Assembly: GCA_963699755.1 (NCBI GenBank)
Contig: CAVOVB010000005.1
Location: 1 to 64,000 of the forward strand
Length of the DNA: 64,000 bases
Reading direction: 5' to 3'
DNA from: an uncultured delta proteobacterium
GTDB taxonomy: Bacteria; Myxococcota_A; Polyangia; Polyangiales; Houyiibacteriaceae
Shown in pieces: positions 31,713-42,597 of this stretch. The notes under the pieces were generated by a model. That model saw only the letters and a program-made list of their open reading frames with translations. It searched no databases and was not told the DNA's origin. Positions within the stretch are counted from its first letter, which is position 1. Each line of letters begins with the position of its first letter. Both the position numbers and the translations under genes were made by a program.

Positions 31713-32201
31713 CTAGAACACGAAGCGCGACGAGCGTTCATCCCATCGAACGGCCCGCGCCCTGCTAGATGAGAAGCTGTCATTCATGCGACGGATCTTC
31801 CCTTTGCGAACGCCGAGGATGATGCCCGAGACGACGGCACCCGTGAGACCGCCGAAGACGAGCGGCGAGCCGATTCGGTAAAGTACGTCGCCTGCACGGG
31901 TACATTCGTATTCGTCCTGTCCGTTGATCTGGACCGAGTCGCACTGACTGCCGGCTGCAGGAATCACGAGCGCAAGTCCGACAGCGGCCGCCACCGACGT
32001 GCCGATCAAGGCGTTGCGCGATCGTAGCGATGTGCGCTGGAGCTCCTGGAGCTTGTACTCCTGGTAGCTGAGCTCGTGCTTGAGCAGGGTGTCTGGGTTG
32101 AGGTCTAGAACGAGCTCATCATCGGCCCGCGCAACGCCGAACGAAAGGCTCGGGCAGAGAGCAAGGACGAAGACGAGACTTAGGGAACCGAGATGTCGCA
32201 T
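31713..32201 (-). CDS. Hypothetical exported/membrane protein
   Basis: Signal peptide, two hydrophobic segments, GGAG RBS. Confidence 0.65.
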   Translation of the reverse strand: MRHLGSLSLVFVLALCPSLSFGVARADDELVLDLNPDTLLKHELSYQEYKLQELQRTSLRSRNALIGTSVAAAVGLALVIPAAGSQCDSVQINGQDEYECTRAGDVLYRIGSPLVFGGLTGAVVSGIILGVRKGKIRRMNDSFSSSRARAVRWDERSSRFVF

Positions 32202-32295
32202 GGCTTTCTCCTCCGGGATCTGGGGACCGAAGGATCATAGGCCTTCATGGCCGAATGGAAGGTCGATCAGCCATGAATCTCCTTCATATGCCCCA

Positions 32296-33261
32296 TCAAC
32301 GTGGGCTCCCTACGAGTCGAAGGAGCTCGTCACGGAACCAGCGGTGTCCCGGGTCGTGGTGCATTCGGTCGTGCCAGAAGAGGAAGATCTTGGTTGTCGG
32401 GAGCTCAATCGGCGGTTTGAAAACCTGTAGGTCCAAGGGTGCGCTCGTCGCCATGGCAAGGCTGGTCGGGCAGGTCAGCAAATAGTCGGTGCCGGCTACG
32501 AGGAAAGGCGCGCTCAGGAAGCTTGCGACCTGGGCTGCAATGTGGCGCCGCGCGCCGTTCCGCGCGAGCACAGCGTCGACGAGGCCTCCCGGTGCACCCT
32601 GCGGGGCGACCAGCACATGGCTCTCGGCGAGATAGCGCTTGATGGTGAGCCGCCCCCGAAGCCTCGGGTGGCCGCGCCGCGCCATGACCGAGAACCCATC
32701 CGCGACCAGCATTCGCTGGCGAATTCCACGGGTCTCCTGAAGGCTCACACCGGGGACGCTGCCCTCGCCCGGGGCGACGGCGAAGTCGGCCTTGCCGCCA
32801 GAGAGCGCCTCGCCATCGACGAAGCCGCGTCCTTTCATTCGGATGCTCACGCGCGGGGCGAGGCGGCTCAGGTGCTCCAACAGGGGCGGAACGAGACTGA
32901 CCTCGGCGAGGTCGGCGGAGGCGATCACGAAGATGCGTTCGGCCTGCGCCGGGTCGAACTCGGCAACTGGGAGGACCGCGTCGCGGAGCTCTCGGAGCGC
33001 AAGCCGAAGCGGCGTCTGCAGCGCCTCGGCCTTCGGCGTGAGCACGAGCTCCTCGCCGGCGCTCACGAGCAACGGGTCGTCGAAGAAATCGCGGAGGCGC
33101 GCGAGGCGATGGCTCACCGCCGACTGCGTGACCCCCACGCACTCTGCGGTGGCGGTCACGTTTCGGATCTCGAGCAGTACGTCGAGGGTCAGCAGCAGAT
33201 TGAGATCGAGCCCGGTCAGTGACGCTTGAAGCTCGACCGGCGAGAGGGGGGAGGCTTCCAT
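32296..33261 (-). CDS. LysR-family transcriptional regulator (NodD/NahR-like)
   Basis: LDLNLL...TQSAVSHRLARLRDFFDDPL HTH; WHDRMHHDPGHRWFR tail. Confidence 0.92.
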   Translation of the reverse strand: MEASPLSPVELQASLTGLDLNLLLTLDVLLEIRNVTATAECVGVTQSAVSHRLARLRDFFDDPLLVSAGEELVLTPKAEALQTPLRLALRELRDAVLPVAEFDPAQAERIFVIASADLAEVSLVPPLLEHLSRLAPRVSIRMKGRGFVDGEALSGGKADFAVAPGEGSVPGVSLQETRGIRQRMLVADGFSVMARRGHPRLRGRLTIKRYLAESHVLVAPQGAPGGLVDAVLARNGARRHIAAQVASFLSAPFLVAGTDYLLTCPTSLAMATSAPLDLQVFKPPIELPTTKIFLFWHDRMHHDPGHRWFRDELLRLVGSPR

Positions 33262-33305
33262 GAATGAAACTGATACTACCGTTCGAGAGTATGCGCCTCA
33301 AGCAT
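33260..33305. promoter_or_regulatory. Two T-N11-A LysR-type boxes in the divergent promoter region
   Basis: ATG-N9-GAT at 33260-33274 and palindromic ATGC-N7-GCAT at 33291-33305. Confidence 0.4.
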
Positions 33306-33427
33306 GCAGATCCCAAGCCCGCTTCCCACCATCGAAAGCGTTGCCTGGCTGCGATCGATGGAGGCGCGGCCCTGACTCGAACCGCGACGTCATACCCTCC
33401 TCGACCGGGCGAACGAAGGAGACACCA

Positions 33428-33529
33428 ATGGCAGAGAAGATCGCATGGCTAGAGCGGCGGAGGGAAGGTTTCCAGATCCTGAGCGGCGAGGACGAAATCC
33501 TGTATCGGCCCAACAGAGCCTTGGCGTAG
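33428..33529 (+). pseudogene. 33-codon ORF with strong RBS, probable truncated LysR target gene
   Basis: GAAGGAGA RBS, divergent from lysR, stops abruptly. Confidence 0.4.
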
Positions 33530-33538
33530 AGTACCGCG

Positions 33539-34270
33539 GTGGCCGCGCCCGGGGAGCTCAACGTTTCACGACATCGCCTTGCCTGGGCCCTCGGCGCCCT
33601 GCTCATCGTGTTGCTCGCGGTCGAGGGCCACCGCGTCGCGAGCTTTCTTCCCAAGATCGAGCACGCCGTCGAAGAGCTCGGACCTTGGGGGCCCGTTCTC
33701 TACGTCGCTGCGATCCTCGTGTTGGAGCCCTTCTTCTTTCCCAATTTCATCTTCGGAATGATTGCGGGGGTAGTGTTCGGTTTGTGGAAGGGCTACCTCT
33801 ACTACTTTGGAGCCGTCTACTGCGCGAACATGCTCGTATACCTCATCGGTAGGCGCCTCTTGACGAAGCCTGTGCTCCGGCAGCTCGAGCGAAAGCCCAA
33901 GGTCCGCGAAGCGGCCGTTGCCGCAAGCACGGAGGGAACGGGTCTCGTGTTTTGGCTACGCCTGATCCCGGCCAATCCAGCGATTCTGAGTTATGCGCTA
34001 GGCGCGCTCCGAGTCCTTCCTCGTTCGGTGGCGATCGGAACCTTGGGCATGGCTCCGCACATGTTTGTCGACGTCTACCTCGGCACCGCGGCGTCGCACG
34101 TGACGCGAATGGCCGGACAAGGTCATACGAGCTGGGAGAACAAGGGCCTGGGCCTGCTCCTCGGGCTAGTGGCCGTGGCCGTCGTTTCCTGGCGTATCGC
34201 ACGCATCGCGCGCGCCCAAATCCGCGCCGCCGGAGTCGCGCAACAACCAGTCGATGCCGGGACCCCGTGA
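33539..34270 (+). CDS. TVP38/TMEM64 (VTT/DedA) family membrane protein
   Basis: AGVVFGLWKG, WLRLIP, SYALG, GTLGMAP; multiple TM helices. Confidence 0.8.
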   Translation: MAAPGELNVSRHRLAWALGALLIVLLAVEGHRVASFLPKIEHAVEELGPWGPVLYVAAILVLEPFFFPNFIFGMIAGVVFGLWKGYLYYFGAVYCANMLVYLIGRRLLTKPVLRQLERKPKVREAAVAASTEGTGLVFWLRLIPANPAILSYALGALRVLPRSVAIGTLGMAPHMFVDVYLGTAASHVTRMAGQGHTSWENKGLGLLLGLVAVAVVSWRIARIARAQIRAAGVAQQPVDAGTP

Positions 34271-35373
34271 AAGGAGCTCTGCCCTTTGCGCTCCTTTGCT
34301 GCCTTTGGCTTCCCGGACGGGCTGCTGCGCAGGACCAGGCCGAGACTGATGAGACCACGGGCAGCTCATTTCTGGACGACCTCCACTGGTAGGTGATGGC
34401 TAGCGGCTTCTATCTGTTCGATGCCCACCGCGTCGCCGGGCCCTACGACGAGCTCGGATACCCGTTCACGAACTACATGGGATTCGGGCTCAACTTCGCC
34501 GGTGGGGATCTCAGCTACACCAGCGAGAAATTTGCGCTCACGATCGGCCTGTCTTTCAGAACCGCAGCGCTGCAGTTGAGCTCGTTGGCCCCTCTGAAGC
34601 AGGGTTTCGTCAGCTGGCTTCCACACCGAAAGCTGACGCTCGACTTCGGTTGGTTCGACACGGTACTCGGCGCTGAGGTCGCAGATGAATGGCAGAACCC
34701 GACCTTTACACGCGGGGCGCTTTGCTTTCTGCAGCAGCCGTTCAAGCACATGGGCGTTCGGATCGGAGCAACGCTTACGGAGAAGGTGACGCTCAAGTTC
34801 ATGCTCGTGAACAATAGCGTTCGCGTCGGAGAGCTCGGTGGCTCCCCAAGGAGCAACAACGGCACGCCGGCCATCGCCGGACAGCTCAATCTCTTGCCCG
34901 TCGGCGAGTTGACGCTCCAAATCGGTTACATGGCCGGCGCCACCGGGCAAAGGGGAAACCGTGCCTGGGGCCAGTTCTTCGATCTGATCTTGAGCGCGAA
35001 AATCCAACGTTTCACCCTGATCTTCAATGGCAGCGCGACTCTCGACTCCCCAGCCGGTGGCGGGCAGTACTCGTATGGGATGGAGCTCCAAGGCGACATG
35101 CTGGTCCACGGTCACTGGAGGGTCGGCGCGCGCGTCGAGGACCTCGGTGAAACGGTCGATGTCGTTACCGGCTTGGATCCGGACCTGCTCACCGTGACGG
35201 CGAACGTGCGCTACCTTCCGGTCCAATACCTCATCATCTCGCTCGAGCCGCGGTTCGAGCTCTCGCAGCAAGACCTCTTCTTCACACGCGGCTCGCCCAC
35301 CGACACGACTACGGGCGGCCGAATCGCCAATTCCAAGATCTACTTCGGCGTCATTCCGGGTGTCAGCGCCTAG
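34267..35373 (+). pseudogene. Outer-membrane beta-barrel (putative porin) interrupted by one in-frame TAG
   Basis: Signal peptide from GTG 34267 (GTGA overlap with the upstream stop), TAG at 34390-34392, same frame continues with amphipathic beta strands (GWFDTVLGAE, QPFKHMG). Confidence 0.65.
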
Positions 35374-35402
35374 ATCGGCAACTAGGGGTGCTTCGAGGCG
35401 GA

Positions 35403-37253
35403 TCAAAGCACCAAGCGAACGCCGCCCAGCTCTTCGATTCGGTGCGGAAAGTGGTCGCCGGGAGTGCCGATGAACATGTAGTTCTTCGGAATCTGGAAGC
35501 GGCGGGAAATCGCCTCGATGGTTTCCGGGGTAAAACGGCCCTTCACCGCGACGAAATCGATTCGAAGCTGTGGATAAAGATGGTCGATCGTTTTCAAGTG
35601 ATCGGCCAGGCCGTGAGGGATGTCCGATTCATTCTCGTAGACGTGGATCACCTTGAGACTCGAGGTTTGCTCGTTTGCCAACACGTAGAGAACGGCCGTA
35701 TTGAGGGTGACCATGCTGTCCCCGCGCGTGAAGTACACCACCCCGGACTCGCTGATCCGGTTGATTTCTCCCATGATCGCTTTGTGAATCTTGGTGCTGG
35801 CCGAGCCGAGCTTCTCGACGATTGCCCGCGAGACATAGAGCGCGACCTTCAGAATCTCGCGACGCAAGAACATGACTGCGACCAGCGCCGCAGTAGCCAG
35901 GAAGTAGGTCTCGAAGATCTCGACGTTGATGGGATCCAAAATGATGTTTCCGATGAGCCCCAAGAGCACTGCGATGAGTCCCATGGTCACGGTGGGCCAG
36001 CCCGCACGGACCGCACGAGGAAGCCTCGATCGCTTGACTTTGAGGAGCATGTTTCCAACGGCAAAGAGAGCCATCACGCTCAAGAATGCGAGGGTATAGA
36101 CGCCAGCAAGCGATGAGATTTCTCCGCGTGTGATCAAGAGAATCGAGACGCACAGAACGAAGAAACCAATGAGGATCCAATGGTTGGTCCCTCTCGTCTT
36201 GTTCTCGCGGAGCAGGAACTGCGGGAGCACTCGATCGAGCGCCATTCGGCGCACGAGCCCTGTGACTCCTACGAAGCTAGTGAGGACGGCGCCCGATAGC
36301 ACCAGCACCGCATCCAGGCTGACGAGAAGTCCGAGCTCTCTTCCCATGGCTACCTCTCCCATCTGGGCGAGCAGGTCCGGCGGGACCTCTTGAATGTCCG
36401 CCAAGGGAAGCAGTCCCAGTGATAGGAGGCTCATCAAGGGATTGAAAATCGAAACGGCGATCCACATGTTGCGCAGCGTCTTTGGAAAAACGCCCGGCTT
36501 TTGCTCCTCGATGAAATTGGCAGAGCTCTCGAACCCACTGATCCCCAACATCGCTGCGGCGAATCCGAAAAAGAGCGCATGAGGAATGCTGGTGGCCGAT
36601 GGGAGACGCCAATTGTCGATCAAGAGTGACGGATCCTGCGCCACCACCGTGGCGCCGGCCACCGCCAAGATGGTGAGCACAGTGATATGGAAAACGAAAA
36701 TCACGACGGCCACGACCGCCGATTCTCCGATGCCGACGATGCCAAGAAGAGCAAAGGTCCCGAGCACGCCGACCGTCGCCCCGAAGACATCCAAACCGCC
36801 CCAGAGGTTGTGGGCGTAGTGCATCCCCTCACTTGCGCTGATGACCGCCGTTGCGATGTAGGAGAGCAGCGTGAGGCAGGCTGCCCCTGCTGCGACGCGC
36901 TTGTTCGTGGTGTTCAGAAGGACTGTGTAGGTTCCGCCATTGAGGGGCAGCGCACTGCCGACCTCTGCATAGACCTTTCGATACAGGTACAAGACCACTG
37001 CGACGATCAACAGCACGATTGGTGCGAGCGCACCCGCTTGAGCAGCGCACAAAGCAGACACGTAGAGAACGCTGGAGGTGATGTCGTTGCCGCAAATCGC
37101 CGTGGCTCTCCAGGCTCCGAGCGAATGTTTCTCTGCTTGATCGAGGTGCTTGAGCTCGATGTCTGTGGTATCGAGACTCGTAATTCGCTCGGCACGCCCC
37201 CAGCCTGCGAACTCCCAAGGCCTATCTGCATTTCCTGACGATTTGTCGTTCAT
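35403..37253 (-). CDS. APC-family (amino acid/cation) permease
   Basis: ATAICGNDITSSVLY, NGGTY, SGFESSANFIEEQ; ~12 TM segments and a soluble C-terminal domain. Confidence 0.88.
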   Translation of the reverse strand: MNDKSSGNADRPWEFAGWGRAERITSLDTTDIELKHLDQAEKHSLGAWRATAICGNDITSSVLYVSALCAAQAGALAPIVLLIVAVVLYLYRKVYAEVGSALPLNGGTYTVLLNTTNKRVAAGAACLTLLSYIATAVISASEGMHYAHNLWGGLDVFGATVGVLGTFALLGIVGIGESAVVAVVIFVFHITVLTILAVAGATVVAQDPSLLIDNWRLPSATSIPHALFFGFAAAMLGISGFESSANFIEEQKPGVFPKTLRNMWIAVSIFNPLMSLLSLGLLPLADIQEVPPDLLAQMGEVAMGRELGLLVSLDAVLVLSGAVLTSFVGVTGLVRRMALDRVLPQFLLRENKTRGTNHWILIGFFVLCVSILLITRGEISSLAGVYTLAFLSVMALFAVGNMLLKVKRSRLPRAVRAGWPTVTMGLIAVLLGLIGNIILDPINVEIFETYFLATAALVAVMFLRREILKVALYVSRAIVEKLGSASTKIHKAIMGEINRISESGVVYFTRGDSMVTLNTAVLYVLANEQTSSLKVIHVYENESDIPHGLADHLKTIDHLYPQLRIDFVAVKGRFTPETIEAISRRFQIPKNYMFIGTPGDHFPHRIEELGGVRLVL

Positions 37254-37441
37254 GTTTGAGCTGGCCCAAAATCTGAGTTGCAGGAGCCCGACAACGATCG
37301 GTGGGAGTCGCGGTCGACCGGCACGATAGCCTGAGAGCTCCACCGATGGTCGAATTTCTGCTTTGGAGGCTGGTCGTCCCCTCATGCTATCGTCATCTTG
37401 GTCGCGAGCCCCGGTGTCGCTTGGATCGTGAGGAGTGAAGG

Positions 37442-38803
37442 ATGACTGTCGCACCAAGTAACGGTGCCCGCGGCGTGTTCGCACGGTTCGTCCAGTCCGA
37501 GGCCACCGCCAGCATCGTCCTCTTGGCGTGCACCATCGCCGCCCTGGTCTGGGCCAACTCGCCCTGGGCGGACAGCTACTTCCGCCTCGGCCACACCGAG
37601 CTCGGCTTCAAGATAGGTCCGACGGAACGGACGCTATCGCTTCACGATTGGATCAACGACTTCTTGATGGCGATTTTCTTCTTCGTCGTGGGGCTCGAAA
37701 TCAAGCGAGAGATGGTCGTCGGCGCGCTGTCGACCTTCAAGACGGCCGTCTTGCCGGTCGCAGCCGCCCTGGGCGGCATGGTCGCGCCCGCCATCCTGTA
37801 CGTCATGTTCAATCCACGCGGGGAGGCGAGCCAGGGCTGGGGCGTCCCGATGGCCACCGACATCGCTTTCGCCCTCGGGGTGCTGGCGCTTTTCGGGAAA
37901 CGGGTGCCGGTGGGGCTCAAGGTATTCCTCACGGCCCTAGCGATTGCCGACGACCTCGGAGCGGTCCTCGTGATCGCCCTGTTCTACACGAGCCAGCTCG
38001 ACTTCACGGAGCTCATCGCCGCTGGCTCTTTCCTCGTCCTGATCATCCTTGCCTCGCGCTTCGGCATCCGCAGCCCAGTCATCTACGTCGTCCTCGCACT
38101 GGGGGTCTGGGTCGACGTCTTCGCCTCCGGGATCCACGCCACCGTGGCCGGCGTCATTCTGGCCATGCTGATGCCGGTGCGAGCCGGCCGCGATCCAGAG
38201 CGTTTTTTTTCCGAGGTGAAGGAACGCTTCGAGGCCTTGCGCGCAAGTCGGCTCACGCGCGACAGTATGATTCACGACCGCACCCAGCTGGACGCCATCT
38301 CCAACTTACGTCGAGCCGCGCAGGACATGCAGCCGCCGGGGCTGATCCTCGAGGAGCTCCTGCATCCCTTCGTCGTCTTTTTCATTTTGCCCCTTTTCGC
38401 GTTCTTCAACGCAGGGGTTCGAATCGATGGTGGTGTCGCCCAGACGCTCCTCCAGCCCGTCGGCTTAGGTGTGATGCTCGGTCTCGTCTTTGGTAAGCAG
38501 ATCGGCATCATGTTCTTCAGCTGGCTCGCGGTTAAGAGCGGAAAGGCGGAGCTGCCCGAAGGCGTCGGCTGGGGCGAGCTCTACGGCGCAGCCTGCCTCG
38601 GCGGCATCGGCTTTACGATGTCACTGTTCATCTCAGACCTCGCCTTCGCGACCCCAGCCCTCGTGGCGGAGGCCAAGATCGGCATTCTGAGCGCTTCGCT
38701 GCTCGCCGCGGTCTGGGGATCAGTGGCGTTGTCGCTTAGCCTGCGTCGGAAGACGAGCGCGAGTGCGGGGCCTAGTGGCGCTGCTCGAGATTCTGTACGA
38801 TAG
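37442..38803 (+). CDS. nhaA: Na+/H+ antiporter NhaA
   Basis: WINDFLMAIFFFVVGLEIKRE, ATDIAF, AIADD, GIGFTMSLFI. Confidence 0.95.
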   Translation: MTVAPSNGARGVFARFVQSEATASIVLLACTIAALVWANSPWADSYFRLGHTELGFKIGPTERTLSLHDWINDFLMAIFFFVVGLEIKREMVVGALSTFKTAVLPVAAALGGMVAPAILYVMFNPRGEASQGWGVPMATDIAFALGVLALFGKRVPVGLKVFLTALAIADDLGAVLVIALFYTSQLDFTELIAAGSFLVLIILASRFGIRSPVIYVVLALGVWVDVFASGIHATVAGVILAMLMPVRAGRDPERFFSEVKERFEALRASRLTRDSMIHDRTQLDAISNLRRAAQDMQPPGLILEELLHPFVVFFILPLFAFFNAGVRIDGGVAQTLLQPVGLGVMLGLVFGKQIGIMFFSWLAVKSGKAELPEGVGWGELYGAACLGGIGFTMSLFISDLAFATPALVAEAKIGILSASLLAAVWGSVALSLSLRRKTSASAGPSGAARDSVR

Positions 38804-38889
38804 AGCCCGACGAGGGCGCTGTATGTCATGGTCATGGGTAGACGAGCAGGCGTGGAGACGGCATCGTTGCCGATTACGGCCTTTGCGAC

Positions 38890-39218
38890 CACCTGGCTGG
38901 CCGCTACGTTGATGCGCGGGGTACGTGCGGAGCAACCGGCCCGCGCCCGCGGGCATCCTGCTATTTTCCCCGGAGGTGGGCCTTGCCCTGGGCGAGGGCG
39001 AGATTTTTCGAGATGCGATACGCGAGCTCAGCGATCGCCTCGCGGAGAGCGGCATCGAAACCGTTGCCGTCGAGGAGCTGCATATGTTCCACGTGTTTCT
39101 GATTCTGATGCCGTGCGCTCAGGCTCGCCAAAGAGTGTACAAGACGCTGAAGCAGTTCGTCAGCGGGGAATTGTCGCGAGCGGCGAGCGATGCGACCCGT
39201 AGCGTCCTTCCGGCCTGA
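38890..39218 (+). pseudogene. Alpha/beta-hydrolase (esterase) remnant
   Basis: PAPAGILLFSPEV joined directly to GEGEIFRD...MFHVF; the GDSAG region and the middle are missing; frameshift near 38925. Confidence 0.55.
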
Positions 39219-39600
39219 TCTGGAAGCCGATGCACATGTAGAAGACCACCGTGCTCAATCCTCATGCGCCTTTCGCCAACCCGAAAATCCGCGACCTGGT
39301 CGCAGAGCGGGTCTCCGAGGAAGCCCAAGACGGCTCGTTGTTTGATCATAGACTGAGCCAGGAGGACCGCTACATTGCGGGCGGTGTTCTCGAACAGTCA
39401 CCCGCGATGGTGTGGAGCCGCCAGGCCGCGCGCATGTTGGGAATCATCATCCTCGGCGCGGCCGCAGTCGTTGCACTGGGGTGGCTCCTCGGGATGCTCA
39501 CGCCGGACACCGTCCCCAACGAACAAATCCTGGCGCGCACATCTTGCGTAGGATGCTCGGTCCCGATACTACGGTGGCGCTCGAAGAGTAAGACTGAACT

Positions 39601-41058
39601 ATGCTCGACCAGTCCAATCAGTCGCTGATCGCCATCATCCTGGTTGTGCTTCTCGAGCTCGCGGTCCTCGTGCGCATCCTGCTGCGGCCACATCGCGACC
39701 CCGCTTCTCGAATCGCCTGGGTGGTCGTCGTCTCCGTGCTGCCTCTGTTCGGCATGCTCGCCTACCTGCTACTCGGCGAAACCAACATTGGTCGGAGTCG
39801 GATCGCGCGCCTGCGTGCCGTGTTGGCGGAGATGCCGCCCACCTCGAGTACGGGCGATGGGTCCGGAACGGGCGCCGTGAGCGCCCTGCCCGAGCGTCAC
39901 CGCCATCTATTCGAGCTCGGACAGTCGATCAGCGGGTTTCATCCAGTGGACGGCAACACCGCGCGTTTGCTCCCCGACTCCAACGCCACGATCGATGCCA
40001 TGGTCGCCGACATCGATGCGGCTGAAGATCACGTGCACGTGCTCTTCTACATCTGGCTGGCCGACAACAACGGCTGCAAGGTCGTCGAGGCTTTGAAGCG
40101 CGCAGCGGCCCGCGGTGTCACTTGCCGAGCCATGGCGGACGACCTCGGATCCCGAGCAATGATCCGCTCCAAGCATTGGGCGTCGATGCGAGACGCGGGG
40201 GTGCACGTGGCCGCGAGCCTGCCGATCGGCAATCTGCTGCTCCGAGCGTTTAAAGGGCGCATCGATCTGCGAAACCATCGCAAGATCGTGGTCATCGACG
40301 ACCGCATCACCTACTGCGGCAGCCAGAACTGCGCCGACCCCGAGTTCCGCGTAAAGCCCAAGTACGCGCCCTGGGTCGACGCGGTGATGCGCTTCGAGGG
40401 CCCGATCGCGCGCCAGAACCAGTTCTTGTTCGCGAGCGACTGGATGACCTATGTCGACGAAAACCTCAACGACCTGCTGAGGAAGCCCCTTCCTATGCCA
40501 GCCACCGGTGGGCTGCCGGCCCAGGTCATCGGCACCGGCCCGACGGTGCGGTATTCGGCTATGCCTGAAGTGTTCGAGGCGCTCTTGTTTGCAGCGCGGC
40601 GAGAGATCATCATCTCCACCCCTTACTATGTGCCCGACGACTCCTTGCAGACGGCGCTCTGCACCACGGCCTATCGGGGCGTAGACACCACAATCATCTT
40701 CCCCGCCAGGAACGACTCCTGGGTCGTCGGGGCGGCCAGCCGGAGCTACTACGCGGACCTGCTCGCGGCGGGAGTGAAGATCCACGAGTACGTGGGCGGC
40801 TTATTGCATACGAAATCGCTCACGCTGGACGGAGAAATCACCCTGATCGGCTCGGCGAACATGGACCGGCGAAGCTTCGAGCTCAACTACGAAAACAACA
40901 TCCTTTTCTACGATCCCGCGCTCACCAGCGAGATGCGGGAGCGCCAGCAGAGCTACATCGCGAAGTCGAATCCCGTCACCCAGCAAGCCGTCGACGCCTG
41001 GCACATCTCACGGCGACTCTTGAACAACAGCATCGCCACGCTTGGTCCCGTGCTTTGA
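39601..41058 (+). CDS. cls: Cardiolipin synthase
   Basis: Two HKD motifs (RNHRKIVVID, LHTKSLTLD), GSANMDRRS, N-terminal TM anchors. Confidence 0.95.
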   Translation: MLDQSNQSLIAIILVVLLELAVLVRILLRPHRDPASRIAWVVVVSVLPLFGMLAYLLLGETNIGRSRIARLRAVLAEMPPTSSTGDGSGTGAVSALPERHRHLFELGQSISGFHPVDGNTARLLPDSNATIDAMVADIDAAEDHVHVLFYIWLADNNGCKVVEALKRAAARGVTCRAMADDLGSRAMIRSKHWASMRDAGVHVAASLPIGNLLLRAFKGRIDLRNHRKIVVIDDRITYCGSQNCADPEFRVKPKYAPWVDAVMRFEGPIARQNQFLFASDWMTYVDENLNDLLRKPLPMPATGGLPAQVIGTGPTVRYSAMPEVFEALLFAARREIIISTPYYVPDDSLQTALCTTAYRGVDTTIIFPARNDSWVVGAASRSYYADLLAAGVKIHEYVGGLLHTKSLTLDGEITLIGSANMDRRSFELNYENNILFYDPALTSEMRERQQSYIAKSNPVTQQAVDAWHISRRLLNNSIATLGPVL

Positions 41059-41890
41059 CCCCGTGTTCTCGGGCGCGGCCTTGCGAGACTCATCGCGCAA
41101 CACAGCGGGGCGGGGAAGCCGCTTTCGCGGCTTAGACTCGTTCGACTCGGCGCGATAGTAGACAGATACCATCCACGGTGCATAGCTCGCATCGAGCTGC
41201 TTGAGAGCATTCGCGATCCCTTCTTTGATCGGGCCTTCGATCAACTGGCTCTGACCGGGCCAGACGCGAAACTTGATGCGCACATATCCATAACCTGCAC
41301 TGGTCTCGCGGAAGTTCTCCACCGTCGGCGCAACCAGCAGAACGCCCGGATACTGTTCGTATGCAGCACGTGCCGCTCGGCCGAGGAGCTCCATCGCTTT
41401 GGCGCGTGTGTCCTTGTCGCTGGTCTGAACCCGTGCATCGACGTACGCCCGAATGTAGCCGTGTGGGTAGTTGATGACGTTGGCAATCGTGCGGTTGGGA
41501 ACGAACACACGCTCGCCCGAAAAACCGATCAGCGTCGTGAATCGCATGCCGATGCTCTCCACGATGCCGACCTGTCCCCCGACGTTGGCCATGTCGCCCA
41601 CGTCGAGAAGGTCGGAGAATACGACCGTGAGGCCCGTGATCACGTCCTGCACGACGCCTTGTGAACCGAAGCTCACCGCGAGACCGATTACCGAGGCGCC
41701 TGCGAGATACGTCGTGAGCGGAACCCCGAGCTCGTCGAGCCCAAATCCGAAAGCCCCAAAGTAGAGAACGAAGACCAGGATGCTCTGAGCAAACCCCGTC
41801 ACCGTCTGCGCCTTTGCCTCGGAGCCCAGGCGTGACGCCAAAACCCGACGAGTGAGCTGTCGAATGATGACAACTCCGAGGTGCGCGCCG
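41008..41890 (-). pseudogene. MscS-family mechanosensitive channel lacking its N-terminus, fused in frame to a cydB fragment
   Basis: GLAVSFGSQGVVQDVITG, VGD, GIVESIGMRFT, VPN. Confidence 0.75.
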
Positions 41891-42597
41891 AGCGCGAGCG
41901 GCCATCGCCCACGGGACGCCCACCAGCGAACACCGACCAAACCGCCAATAGAGAGAGTCGGAGCGATCCAGCCAAGCGGATAGGCGCCGAGATTGTGACG
42001 CATCTGGGACTGAACCACGTACGTAGCCGCCGTAGTCAGCGCCGTGAGAAGCAGCACGATCGGCCACAATCGGACGAGTGTCGTTTGCGACCGATGCCGA
42101 ACCTTTCCGTCGATGCGCAGGATGAGCCACAGGGCGCCGTGCTGAGCCAAGGCGCCAACGGCGGTCAGTGCCGTGAGAACCGTGTACCAATCGAGGATGC
42201 CGGGATGGGGTCCCACGGCAAAGTCCGTCCACAATGGGGCGAAGAAGTGACCTTCTGCATTCATGTCGACGCCATGCACCACGTTTCCAAGGGCCGCTCC
42301 GAAGAAGATCGCCAGCAGGAGGCTCGATCCGGAGAACACAAGGTCCCAAAACTGCTCCCACAATCGGTGGTGGAGCTGATGCCGAAGCTCGATGCCAAGG
42401 GCGCGAAAGAGCAGCAACCAGAGCACGATCATCAATGGCAAATAGAAGCCGCTGAAGCTCCGCGCGTAAAGCACCGGGAAGGCGAGGACCAGCACGCCAC
42501 CCGTGGCGATCAGCCAGACTTCATTGCCATCCCAGACGGGGCCGATGCTTCGGATGACGGCCTCACGCTCGTCCCCGGTCTTCGATACGCGAAGATA
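41891..42597 (-). pseudogene. cydB: Internal fragment of cytochrome bd oxidase subunit II
   Basis: [12 protein letters not shown]...LAFPVLYA..FSGFYLPL; both termini missing; junction positions approximate. Confidence 0.8.

Noticed and set aside
39251..39628. 125-aa ORF before cls
   Set aside because: One TM segment but looks like a fragment; no family recognisable.
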